Counted from the stretch's first letter, positions 9,648 through 18,176 are shown. The stretch is DNA of 25,363 bases from Actinomycetales bacterium (GCA_012513625.1 JAAZBW010000350.1:1-25363), one strand, 5' to 3'. A program made the numbers and translations. The notes: generated from the sequence alone by a model not told the origin.

Positions 9648-10339
9648 CTCAGTCCTCTCGAGAGGTCCGCCGGATCGAGGTGCTCGACCACGATTTCCGC
9701 CCCCGCGTCCCGCAGGAGCGCCGCCTGCCCGTGGTCCGCAGTCACCCCGACTGCGGGAATTCCCGCCGCGTGAGCAGCGAGCACGTCACTTGGAGTATCA
9801 CCGAACATGGTGGCGCTGCGCACGTTGAGAGCCGCCATCGCGAGCATGAGCAGGTCCGGCGCCGGCTTCAGGCTCTCGAGCGCGTCTGCCCGCCGCGCGG
9901 AGACAAAGTCCACGTACTCGGCCAGTCCGCACGCCTCCAGGGCCGCCGTCACGGCCGCCTGATCATTGTTCGAGACGACGGCGATCCCCAGTCCCGCCGC
10001 CCGCGCCGCCGCGAGGAACTCGGCTGCCCCGGGTGCGGGGGTGGCCAGGTGGGCGGCCGCGAGTTCGGCCTCCGTGGCGAGGGGGAGCACCTCCGCCGCG
10101 AGGTCCGGGTGGGTGGCGGCGAGCTCGCGGAGGAGTTGGACGTGATCTCGCGTTGCGGCCGGGCTGAGATCGGCGACGACGCCACTCCCGCCCCGCCGCG
10201 ATGCCTCGTCCGCGAGCCGATTTGCCAGTTCCAGGTGCTGTGGATCCGGCAGCAGCCGCGTCAGTGGCCCGCCCAGGTCCACGAGGACTGCCTCGTGATA
10301 CTCCATGACGGAATCGCCCCCCTCACTGAATCTCCGCAT
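9644..10339 (-). CDS. HAD-superfamily hydrolase with atypical motif I
   Basis: Motif I DLGGPLT, motif II VVSNN, motif III LKPAP, motif IV GDTPSD. Start 10339 is supported by the upstream -10 element; 10306 is an alternative. Confidence 0.8.
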   Translation of the reverse strand: MRRFSEGGDSVMEYHEAVLVDLGGPLTRLLPDPQHLELANRLADEASRRGGSGVVADLSPAATRDHVQLLRELAATHPDLAAEVLPLATEAELAAAHLATPAPGAAEFLAAARAAGLGIAVVSNNDQAAVTAALEACGLAEYVDFVSARRADALESLKPAPDLLMLAMAALNVRSATMFGDTPSDVLAAHAAGIPAVGVTADHGQAALLRDAGAEIVVEHLDPADLSRGLR

Positions 10340-10345
10340 CGCACG

Positions 10346-10351
10346 AGTGTA
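10346..10351 (-). promoter_or_regulatory. Candidate -10 element (TACACT) of a leaderless transcript
   Basis: TANNNT on the minus strand, exactly 6 nt before ATG 10339. Confidence 0.55.
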
Positions 10352-10451
10352 GGTGGGAGCCGCCAGCCCCGCCCGAGGTGCCCCCGCCGGAGCCGTCATC
10401 TAGGGCAGGCTTTGGATCGCGCATGGGTGCCAGCCCGTGGGACTCTTTCTC

Positions 10452-10901
10452 ATGGCAAGAACGCAACCGCACGACATCCAGATCACCTTCGATGCCCAGG
10501 ACCCGATGGCGCTCGGCGAGTTCTGGGCCGCGGTACTCGGCTACGTGCGCGAGTCCCCGCCGGATTTCGAGACCTGGGAGGAGCAGCTCACTGCGTGGGG
10601 AGTGCCCCAGGAGCAGTGGAACTCGCGGAACGCGATCGTGGACCCGGAGGGGCGCCGGCCGCGGATCTTCATCCAACAGGTTCCCGAGGCCAAGACCGCC
10701 AAGAACAGGCTGCACCTGGACATTCGCTGCGCCCCGGGCCTCGTGGGGGAGGCGAGGACCGAGGCGTTGGAATCCGAGTGTGAGCGGGTGATGTCGCTCG
10801 GTGCCACGGTGGTGAACCGGGTGCCACCCGGTCCCGAGAACGGGAACGCCGGCTGGATTGTGATGCAGGATCCGGAGGGGAACGAGTTCTGCCTCGACTG
10901 A
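10452..10901 (+). CDS. VOC/glyoxalase-like family protein
   Basis: IQITFDAQDP..LGEFWA..LGY, PRIFIQQVPE.KT.KNRLHLD and MQDPEGNEFC. Confidence 0.9.
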   Translation: MARTQPHDIQITFDAQDPMALGEFWAAVLGYVRESPPDFETWEEQLTAWGVPQEQWNSRNAIVDPEGRRPRIFIQQVPEAKTAKNRLHLDIRCAPGLVGEARTEALESECERVMSLGATVVNRVPPGPENGNAGWIVMQDPEGNEFCLD

Positions 10902-10906
10902 TGATG

Positions 10907-11102
10907 TTAACCACACACTCGATGACGAATATTCGGGAACACTCGATGACGAATATTCGGGAACTCAACCACACAGTCGGCGTACTTCCACCCGCCGAGT
11001 GTGTGGCGGAAGAACTACGGCACACACTCGATGACGAATATTCGGGAACCTAACCACACACTCGATGACGAAATACGGGAACTAAACCACACAGTCGGCG
11101 AA
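10907..11102. repeat. REP/BIME-like mosaic of CACACA[C/G]TCG repeats with a central 14-bp hairpin
   Basis: Motif copies at 10912, 10941 (truncated), 10970, 11021, 11055 and 11088; inverted copy at 10993-11006. Lies between convergent genes. Confidence 0.85.
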
Positions 11103-11117
11103 CGGTGGGGGCAGGGA

Positions 11118-11834
11118 CTAGATCAGGGCCCGCTCGTAGGCCACCCGCACCGCAGCCGCGCGATCCGAGACGCCCAGCTTCTCGTACACCCGCGCCAGGT
11201 GGGTCTTGAAGGTGGTCTCCGAGACCAGCAGCCGCGCCGCCGCCTCCCGGTTGGTGCCGCCGGCCGCAAGCTCGCGTAACACGTCTGATTCCCGCGGAGT
11301 CAGCGCCACTCCCGCCACGCCCCGGCCCGCGAGCGCCGCCAACGCCGCAGCGGAGAGCACAGTCCGCCCGGCGGCCAGGTCCCGGACAGCCCGGATGAGC
11401 TCGGCGCGCGGCGTGTCCTTGAGGAGGTAGCCGTCCGCGCCGGCGGCGAGGGCCGCACGGATGTCGTGGTCCGTGTCATAGGTGGTCAGCACGAGGATTC
11501 GCGGGCGCAGGAGCCCGCTGGCCGCCACTTCCGCGCCACCAAGGCGCGCGCCACGAGAGCTCCCGACTCCAGAGCCCCCGACCCCAGCACTCCCGGCTCC
11601 AGCTCTCCCCTGCGCCCCCCGTGCCCGCAGCGCCCGGATCGCCTCCACGCCATCCCCGCCGGGCATCCGTAGGTCCATCAGCACCACGTCCGGATCGTGC
11701 CGGGCCACGAGCGCGGCCGCCTCCGGCCCGCTCGACGCCTCCGCCACCACCGAGATGTCCGACTCCCGCGTCAGGATCGCCACGATCCCGTCCCGCACGA
11801 GCGGATGGTCGTCTGCAATCAGCACCGAAATCAC
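11118..11834 (-). CDS. NarL/LuxR-family response regulator
   Basis: VLIADDHPLVRDG, VVLMDLRMP, LVLTTYD and GYLLKD; C-terminal HTH LTPRESDVL...TFKTHLARVYEKLGV. GTG 11834 overlaps the kinase stop. The 618-aa ORF in the track is an upstream over-extension. Confidence 0.93.
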   Translation of the reverse strand: MISVLIADDHPLVRDGIVAILTRESDISVVAEASSGPEAAALVARHDPDVVLMDLRMPGGDGVEAIRALRARGAQGRAGAGSAGVGGSGVGSSRGARLGGAEVAASGLLRPRILVLTTYDTDHDIRAALAAGADGYLLKDTPRAELIRAVRDLAAGRTVLSAAALAALAGRGVAGVALTPRESDVLRELAAGGTNREAAARLLVSETTFKTHLARVYEKLGVSDRAAAVRVAYERALI

Positions 11835-13105
11835 GCCGCGCCTCCCTCCGCCACCGCACTCGGTAGCACTCCCGGCAGCGCGGAATCGGCGCCCGGCACC
11901 ACCGCACGCACGGTGGTCCCGGCCCCCACAACGCTCTCCACCACCAACGATCCTCCGATCCGTGCGAGCCGTTCGTGCATCCCGTGCACCCCGAACCCCT
12001 CCAGCCGCGCCGACGGATCGAAACCGACGCCGTCGTCCTCCACCGTGAGCGTGACCCCGCCCCGTCCGTACGCGAGCACCACATCCGCCCGCCGCGCCCG
12101 CGCGTGCCGTGCCACGTTCGCGAGGGACTCCTGCGCCACGCGCAGCAGGACGTCGTCGTGTCCCGACGCTTCCGCCCGCCCCTCCACCCGCAGCTCGCCC
12201 CCCAGCCCGCTCGCCTCCCGCCACTGCCCGAGGAGGTCGTCGAGCGCGAGGGCGAGGTCGGCGTCGTCGAGGCGGGGGGAGGCGAGTGCACGCACCGCCC
12301 GGCGGGCCTCGTCTAGGGCCTCGCGCGCGGCTGTCTCGACGACGGCGAGCCGCCGGTCCCGTTCGCGCGGGTCTGTTTCGGACGCGGCCACGTCCAGTTG
12401 CGCGATGATCGCCACCAGGTTCTGTGCCACCGTGTCGTGGATCTCCCGCGAGAGCCGTGACCGCTCTTCGGTGGTGCCGGCCTCGCGGGCCTGCGCCACG
12501 AGCTGCTCCTGCAGGAGGCGCGAACGGTGCTGCTCGGCGCGGAGCTCCGCGTTGGCGCGGCTGAGATCGGTGAACATGCGCTCGCGCTGGCGGTCGAGGG
12601 CGATCATGAGGCCGGTGACGCCCAGGTTCACGCCCGCGAACAGGGAGTAGACGATCGGCGTGAACAGGACCGAACGTGGCCCGCCCACCTGCGCGATCGC
12701 GATCACGAACGCCACCGCCACCACGCCGGAGACACGCTGGAGGCGCGAGGAGAAGCGACTGGCCTCCACGTAGCCGATGAACAGGTACAGGCCGAACGCG
12801 GGCGCGAACCACACCGCGAGCGCGGCGAGCGCGAGGTTGGCCCAGAAGAGGGCCACCTCGTGCTGCTCGGTGAGCCCGGGGCGAGAGCCCGCGAGCCGGA
12901 TGGCCACGATCGCCGCCGCGAGGCCGAGCAGCCACGGGACCGAGGAGGGCTCCACCACCGGGACCCGGAACCACACCATCGCGAGCGCGGCCGCGAGGCT
13001 CACCCCGAGCAGGCCGAACACCACGGGGAGGGCGAGCCGGGCGCGGCGCGCGGGGCCGGCCGGCGCTTCCGCGAAGGTCATGGCGCCCACGCTACCCACT
13101 GCCAT
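11831..13105 (-). CDS. NarX/DesK-type (HisKA_3) sensor histidine kinase
   Basis: Several N-terminal TM helices; ERSRLSREIHDTVAQ (H-box), AQESLANVARHA (N-box), EDDGVGF (G1) and GTTV. Confidence 0.93.
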   Translation of the reverse strand: MAVGSVGAMTFAEAPAGPARRARLALPVVFGLLGVSLAAALAMVWFRVPVVEPSSVPWLLGLAAAIVAIRLAGSRPGLTEQHEVALFWANLALAALAVWFAPAFGLYLFIGYVEASRFSSRLQRVSGVVAVAFVIAIAQVGGPRSVLFTPIVYSLFAGVNLGVTGLMIALDRQRERMFTDLSRANAELRAEQHRSRLLQEQLVAQAREAGTTEERSRLSREIHDTVAQNLVAIIAQLDVAASETDPRERDRRLAVVETAAREALDEARRAVRALASPRLDDADLALALDDLLGQWREASGLGGELRVEGRAEASGHDDVLLRVAQESLANVARHARARRADVVLAYGRGGVTLTVEDDGVGFDPSARLEGFGVHGMHERLARIGGSLVVESVVGAGTTVRAVVPGADSALPGVLPSAVAEGGAA

Positions 13106-13108
13106 GCC

Positions 13109-13912
13109 TCACTCCCAGCGGAATGTGCGCACAGCCACGAGGCCGCCGAGAACCGTCCAGCCGAGCAGCACGATCACCAGCGAGGGCGCCACGGCACTGC
13201 CGAGGGTGGCATCCGTCATCGCCGTGGCGGCCGCGCCACCGGGCGTGAGGTTCGCGATTGTGGCGAGCCAGTCCGGGAACAGTGCGCGCGGGTACCAGAG
13301 GCCCGCGAAGAACCACATGAGCGCTGCCACCACGTTGCCGATCCCGGCGGCGGCCCGCGGGTTCGGCACCACCGCGGCAAGCACGGTGCCGAGCGCCAGG
13401 AAGGCGAGCAGGCTGAGGAGAACGGCTACCACGAACCAGCCGAGACCCTGCGGGAGCGGAACCCCGAACATCACCGAGATCAGCACGATCAGCGCCGCCA
13501 CCACAATGCCCGCGAGCCCCACCAGCACGAACAGTGCGGCGAGCAGCGTCGCCGGGGAGGCGGGTGTGGTGCGCAGCCGCCGCAGCACGCCCGTCTCCCG
13601 GTAGCTGCCCAGGATCGCGGGGATCACAGTGAGGCCGAGCACCGAGGTGGCGAACAGCGCGATCGTGGGCACGTACGCCTGCACCACGGAGAGGCCGCCG
13701 AAATCGGCGAGCGGCTCTCGCGCGCCCGGAATCAGTGACATCACGATGATGGCCGCAAGCGGCATGATGGCCCCGAAGATGAGGACCGCCGGCTCCCGAA
13801 CAAGCAGCCGGGCCTCGTTCACGAGGTGCGCGCGGAAGGCGGCGCGAAAGCGCGCGTTCCGGGAGGCGGTGGCGGGCACCCGGGCGGGTGCGGTGGGGCT
13901 CGTGGCAGTCAT
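13109..13912 (-). CDS. ABC-2 type exporter permease
   Basis: About six TM helices; YRETGVLRRLRTTP; FFAGLWYP..FP... Confidence 0.9.
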   Translation of the reverse strand: MTATSPTAPARVPATASRNARFRAAFRAHLVNEARLLVREPAVLIFGAIMPLAAIIVMSLIPGAREPLADFGGLSVVQAYVPTIALFATSVLGLTVIPAILGSYRETGVLRRLRTTPASPATLLAALFVLVGLAGIVVAALIVLISVMFGVPLPQGLGWFVVAVLLSLLAFLALGTVLAAVVPNPRAAAGIGNVVAALMWFFAGLWYPRALFPDWLATIANLTPGGAAATAMTDATLGSAVAPSLVIVLLGWTVLGGLVAVRTFRWE

Positions 13913-13913
13913 G

Positions 13914-14819
13914 TCAGTTCTCCTGTGCTGGCTTCGTCAGTGCGATGAAGGCGTCGTCGAGGGAGGGTGAGGTGACCCGGAGGTTCCGTAACCTCACCCC
14001 ATGCGCGGCGAGGGCGGCGATCACGGCCTGCGGGGAGTCCGCGTCGCCGGTAACGAGAACCCGCCCACGCTCGAGGGCCACGCCGGCCACACCCGGGACC
14101 AGCCGGAGTGCGTCGAGGTCGATGCCCTCGGCGAGGTCGAACGAGGTCACCTGCAGACCCGAACCCGAGGCCACCTCGTCCGGACGGCCCGAGGCGACCA
14201 CACGGCCCTCGTCGATGATCAGGACCCGGTCGCAGAGATACTGCGCCTCCTCCATGAAGTGGGTGACGAGCAGCATGGTCACACCCTCCTCGCGCAGCAG
14301 GCGGAGGTACTCCCAGATATCGCGACGGGCCTGCGGATCGAGGCCGGTGGTGAGCTCGTCGAGGATTGCGATGCGGGGGCGGCCGAGGAGCGCGAGCGCC
14401 ACCGAGAGGCGCTGCTGCTGGCCGCCGGAGAGGTTGCCGAAGCGTTGGTGTGCGTGAGCGGCGAGGCCGAAGCGCTCGAGGAGTTCGTCCGCCGGGCGCG
14501 GGCTCGCGTAGAAGGCGGAGTAGAGATTGAGCGCCTCACGCACGCGCATCTTCTCCTGGAGGCGGCACTCCTGGAGCTGCATGCCGAGGATCTCGCGGAG
14601 CTCCGGCGGGTTCGTGGCCGGGTCCATACCCGCCACCGTGACCTGCCCGCCGTCCCGCGCGCGGAGACCCCCGATGGATTCCACCAGCGTGGTCTTGCCG
14701 GAGCCGTTCGGGCCGAGGACGCCGAGGATCTCGCCGTCTGCAACCTGGAGGTCGATCCCGCGGAGCACCTGGCGGGTGCCGTAGGACTTGGTGATTCCCT
14801 GCACGTCGATGAGTGGCAT
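13914..14819 (-). CDS. ABC exporter ATP-binding protein
   Basis: Walker A GPNGSGKT, signature LSGGQ, Walker B ILDELTTGLD, and VTH switch. Confidence 0.95.
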   Translation of the reverse strand: MPLIDVQGITKSYGTRQVLRGIDLQVADGEILGVLGPNGSGKTTLVESIGGLRARDGGQVTVAGMDPATNPPELREILGMQLQECRLQEKMRVREALNLYSAFYASPRPADELLERFGLAAHAHQRFGNLSGGQQQRLSVALALLGRPRIAILDELTTGLDPQARRDIWEYLRLLREEGVTMLLVTHFMEEAQYLCDRVLIIDEGRVVASGRPDEVASGSGLQVTSFDLAEGIDLDALRLVPGVAGVALERGRVLVTGDADSPQAVIAALAAHGVRLRNLRVTSPSLDDAFIALTKPAQEN

Positions 14820-14864
14820 GCCTCCATCCTCTCCGGCGCACACGGGCCGGCCCTCCCCCAGGCG

Positions 14865-14893
14865 CCCCGATCTGGGGTCCTCCAATCGGAGGA
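14865..14893. promoter_or_regulatory. Tandem inverted repeats upstream of the ABC/TCS operon, candidate response-regulator sites
   Basis: CCCC-GATCT-GGGG (14865-14877) abuts TCCTCC-AATC-GGAGGA (14878-14893), 46-74 nt upstream of ATG 14819. Confidence 0.4.
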
Positions 14894-14979
14894 TGCGACG
14901 GCGCCCCCTCCACGGCGAGCACGCGCTGGAAGGTGAGCTCCGCCGTCGTCGAGGGTCTGGAGCAGCCGAGGCGCCGGGG

Positions 14980-16068
14980 ATGGCAGAATCAGCAACCGTG
15001 ACGAGTAGCGCGGCCGTGCCGTTCCCCGCGGGTGATCCGGCCCCACGGCATCAGGACCTCGCACTAGACCTCTCCCGGTTCGCGTGGCTGTCCATCTGCG
15101 CCGCGATCGTGACGATCGCGCTCAAGTCCGGCGCCTGGGCGCTCACCGGCTCGGTGGGGCTCCTCTCGGACGCCGCGGAATCGCTCGTCAATCTCGCGGC
15201 CGCCGTGGTGGCGCTCATCGCGCTCAAGGTGGCCGCCAGCCCCGCGGATGAGAAGTACACCTACGGCCGCTCCAAGGCCGAGTACTTCTCTGCCGCCGCC
15301 GAAGGCATCCTGATCCTGGTGGCCGCCGGGGCCATCATGATCACCGCCGTGCAGCGGTTCGTGCACCCGCAGCCGATCGAGAACGTGGGGATCGGCCTCC
15401 TGATCTCGGTGATCGCCTCGGTGGTGAACGGCGGGGTGGGCCTCGTGCTCTGGCGCGCCGGCCGCAAATACCGCTCGCTCACCCTCACCGCGGACGCGAA
15501 GCACCTGTGGACAGACGTGGTCACCTCGATCGGCGTGATCGTGGGCGTGGTCCTCGTGTGGTTGACGGAGGTGAACCAGCTCGACGCCGTGGTGGCCTTC
15601 GCCGTGGGCGTCAACATCGTGGTCACGGGGATCCGGCTACTGATCGAGTCCCTGCAGGGGTTGCTGGACGTGACGCTGCCGGCCGAGGACAACGAGAAAA
15701 TCGTGGCGATACTTGCGCGGCACAGTGGGGAGAACACCGCGTTCCACGGCCTCCAGACCCGGATCTCTGGCCGCGAGCGGTTCATGAACGTGCACGTGCT
15801 TGTTCCGGGATCGTGGAGCGTGCAGCAGGGGCACGCGTACTGCGAGCAGATCGAGCACGAGATCGAGCAGGAGCTCCCGGGGATCCGCGTGATCACCCAC
15901 CTGGAGCCGATCGAGGACCCCGCCTCCTACGCAGACATCCCGCGTGGCCATCTCCGTCTCCCCCTGGGCGGCAATGGTGTGCCCGACGCGAACGGGGGCC
16001 ACGACGGGGACGGGGACGGGGGCCGGGACTGGGACGGGGACGCATCCCCCGGCGGTCCGGCCACGTAG
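14980..16068 (+). CDS. Cation diffusion facilitator (CDF) family transporter
   Basis: TGSVGLLSDAAESLVN, YTYGRSKAEY, LTADAKHLWTD and C-terminal ITHLEP. Start codon approximate. Confidence 0.92.
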   Translation: MAESATVTSSAAVPFPAGDPAPRHQDLALDLSRFAWLSICAAIVTIALKSGAWALTGSVGLLSDAAESLVNLAAAVVALIALKVAASPADEKYTYGRSKAEYFSAAAEGILILVAAGAIMITAVQRFVHPQPIENVGIGLLISVIASVVNGGVGLVLWRAGRKYRSLTLTADAKHLWTDVVTSIGVIVGVVLVWLTEVNQLDAVVAFAVGVNIVVTGIRLLIESLQGLLDVTLPAEDNEKIVAILARHSGENTAFHGLQTRISGRERFMNVHVLVPGSWSVQQGHAYCEQIEHEIEQELPGIRVITHLEPIEDPASYADIPRGHLRLPLGGNGVPDANGGHDGDGDGGRDWDGDASPGGPAT

Positions 16069-16075
16069 GGAAAAT

Positions 16076-16117
16076 CGCGGGCCGTAGGACGCGGGCCGTA
16101 GGACGCGGGCCGTAAGA
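16076..16117. repeat. Tandem repeat, 3 x 14 nt (CGCGGGCCGTAGGA)
   Basis: Two exact copies and one with a single mismatch, starting 8 nt after the CDF stop. Confidence 0.85.
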
Positions 16118-16204
16118 CCCTGTCGGCTGATCACGTGGCCGCACTACCCTGAAGATGTCGGCCATTTGGCTGGCACTCGTTCCGGCTCGGCGTCCGGAGG
16201 CGCA

Positions 16205-16957
16205 ATGACCAAGCCCGTGAACCCGGTGGTCATCGATGACCTGCACTCCTGGCGCGGACTCCTGCGATGCGGCGGCTGGTCCGCGCTCGCCTCCGTAACC
16301 CTCATCATCATCCAGGTGGGCATCTTCGCCACGTGGCCGCCCGTCCACACGGTGCGGGAGGTCTTCTCGCTCATGAACGAGGCACCGGTTCTCGGACTGA
16401 TCTCCCTGGACGCCATCTACATCGTCAACAACCTGCTCGTGTGGCTGGTCTATCTCGGCCTCGGCGCCGCCCTCTGGCCGGTGTCGCGATCAGTGGTGAC
16501 CCTCGCTGTCGGGCTGGGAACCCTCCAGATGGCGGCATACCTCGGATCCAATCCCGCGGCCGAAATGTTGGTACTGGGGCGGGAACATGCGGGCGCAGAC
16601 ACTGAACGCGCGCGCATCCTTGAGTCCGCAGGCGAGGCTCTCCTAGCAGCCTGGAAGGGAACGGCGTTCCTGACCTACTACCTGCTGGGTGCGATCGTCC
16701 TGCTTCTCCTGACGTGGCTGCTGTACCACTCGAACCGCTTCCCGCGGAGCGCCACATGGTGGGCGCTCGCAGCCGGAATTTTGATGCTCGTTCCCTCCCC
16801 GTTCGGGACAGTCGGGATGGTGTTCGCACTCCTGTCACTACTGCCGTGGAGCGTGATGTGCATCGTCGTCGGCCGGCGGCTGCTCTCCCTGTCCTCGACG
16901 TCGGGCACGAGGGCGTCTCCCACCCACCTCCATCAGAACAGCGAAGCGGGGCCCTGA
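16205..16957 (+). CDS. Multi-pass membrane protein, DUF4386-like
   Basis: Six to seven hydrophobic helices; pattern N.P..GLISLD and family-like topology; GGAGG RBS. The DUF label is tentative. Confidence 0.7.
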   Translation: MTKPVNPVVIDDLHSWRGLLRCGGWSALASVTLIIIQVGIFATWPPVHTVREVFSLMNEAPVLGLISLDAIYIVNNLLVWLVYLGLGAALWPVSRSVVTLAVGLGTLQMAAYLGSNPAAEMLVLGREHAGADTERARILESAGEALLAAWKGTAFLTYYLLGAIVLLLLTWLLYHSNRFPRSATWWALAAGILMLVPSPFGTVGMVFALLSLLPWSVMCIVVGRRLLSLSSTSGTRASPTHLHQNSEAGP

Positions 16958-16973
16958 CAACGCAGGGCCCCGC
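16946..16973. terminator. Perfect 11-bp hairpin between convergent genes, likely bidirectional terminator
   Basis: GCGGGGCCCTG-acaacg-CAGGGCCCCGC. No U-tract, which is common in actinobacteria. Confidence 0.6.
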
Positions 16974-16992
16974 CGCCGTCGTCGTCGTGGAT

Positions 16993-18066
16993 CTACCGCT
17001 GGACGCGGGCGTTGCCCTTCCACATGTCCCAGACCTGCTTCTCATCGGCCGGTGCGCCGTAGTCGTAGATCGAGGTGGCCGCGAGTGCGCCGGTGGCCCA
17101 ACCGAACTGGGCGCACTTCTCGACGTCCCAGCCCTGGAGGATGCCGTAGAGGATGCCGCCCACGGAGCCGTCGCCGCCGCCGATGCGGTCCATCACGTCG
17201 ATGTCGCGGAGGGCGGCGAGGTAGAACTCGCCGTCGTTCCAGAGCAGGATTCCCCACTCGTGGCGGTTGGCGGAGACGACCTCACGCAGGGAGGTGCCGA
17301 TCCAGTGCGCCTGCGGGTAGGTGTCCTTGATGCGGCCGATCATGGCCTTGAAGTCGTCGATCTTGTCGTCGATCGAGTCGCCGCCGGCCTCCGGGCCCTC
17401 GATGCCGAGGCAGAGCTGGAAGTCCTCCTCGTTGCCGTAGAGGATGTCGCAGTTCTGGGCGATCTCGTGGAACGCTGCGCGGAGCTCGTCCTCGCGGCCC
17501 TGCCAGAAGGTGGCGCGGTAGTTGAGGTCCATCGCCACGAGGGAGCCGTTCTTACGGGCGGCCTTCGCGATCTCCACACAGAACTTCGAGGTGGAGGGCG
17601 AGAGCGCCGCGATCAGGCCGGAGAGGTGCACGATCTTCACACCCTCCTCGCCGAAGATGCGGTCCAGGTCGAACTGGTCCACCGAGAGCTCGCGGCCCAC
17701 CTCACCGGAGCGGTCATTCCACACGCGGGGGGCGCGGCCGCCAAAACCCGAGTCGGCAATGTTGAACTGGTGGCGGAGTCCCCAGGCGTCACCCTGATCG
17801 AGTTCGGGGCCCTCATAGGACATGTTGCGCTTGCGCAGGTCCGCCTTGATGACGGCCGAAATGGGCGATCCCTTCACGAACGCGGTGAGGACCTTGGTGG
17901 GCTCACCCAGGTGGCTCGCCACGCTGCCCACATTCGACTCGGCGCTGGTGGCCTGCATGAAGAAACGGTCCGCCACATGTACGGGCGCCCGGTTCTCCGG
18001 CGTGATTCGAATGCCCATCGAGGTGGGGATTACCAGCGACCATTTCGCGTCTTCGCGCAGCTTCAT
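16993..18066 (-). CDS. PfkB/ribokinase-family sugar kinase (KdgK-like)
   Basis: SAESNV, HLSG, MDLNYR..FW, GNEEDF and anion-hole motif DRIGGGD. AAGGAG RBS; strong codon bias. Confidence 0.9.
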   Translation of the reverse strand: MKLREDAKWSLVIPTSMGIRITPENRAPVHVADRFFMQATSAESNVGSVASHLGEPTKVLTAFVKGSPISAVIKADLRKRNMSYEGPELDQGDAWGLRHQFNIADSGFGGRAPRVWNDRSGEVGRELSVDQFDLDRIFGEEGVKIVHLSGLIAALSPSTSKFCVEIAKAARKNGSLVAMDLNYRATFWQGREDELRAAFHEIAQNCDILYGNEEDFQLCLGIEGPEAGGDSIDDKIDDFKAMIGRIKDTYPQAHWIGTSLREVVSANRHEWGILLWNDGEFYLAALRDIDVMDRIGGGDGSVGGILYGILQGWDVEKCAQFGWATGALAATSIYDYGAPADEKQVWDMWKGNARVQR

Positions 18067-18108
18067 TGCATCTCCTTGGGATCCATGGGACGGCACATAC
18101 GTCCCCCA

Positions 18109-18114
18109 ACTCTA
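18109..18114 (-). promoter_or_regulatory. Candidate -10 element (TAGAGT) for the PfkB kinase
   Basis: TANNNT about 43 nt upstream of the ATG, followed by a short leader carrying AAGGAG. Confidence 0.4.
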
Positions 18115-18176
18115 GGGATGGGGCGCCGCGGTGTCCGGCGGTTGCCATCGGAGCTCGCATTGCCCGCCATCGGGAC

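Noticed and set aside
10907-11102. CRISPR array
   Set aside because: No unique uniform-length spacers; units are near-identical or truncated, one is inverted, and no cas genes are in the window.
10907-11102. TIGR-like or box C/D guide array (GATGA motif, two constant and two variable segments per unit of about 33 nt)
   Set aside because: The variable parts are mostly the same sequence, no Nop-domain or IS110-like gene is nearby, and the motif is dispersed like a REP.
11835-12974. 380-aa N-terminal extension of the response regulator
   Set aside because: Off-frame overlap with the histidine kinase; the receiver domain starts at GTG 11834 with a normal 4-nt overlap.
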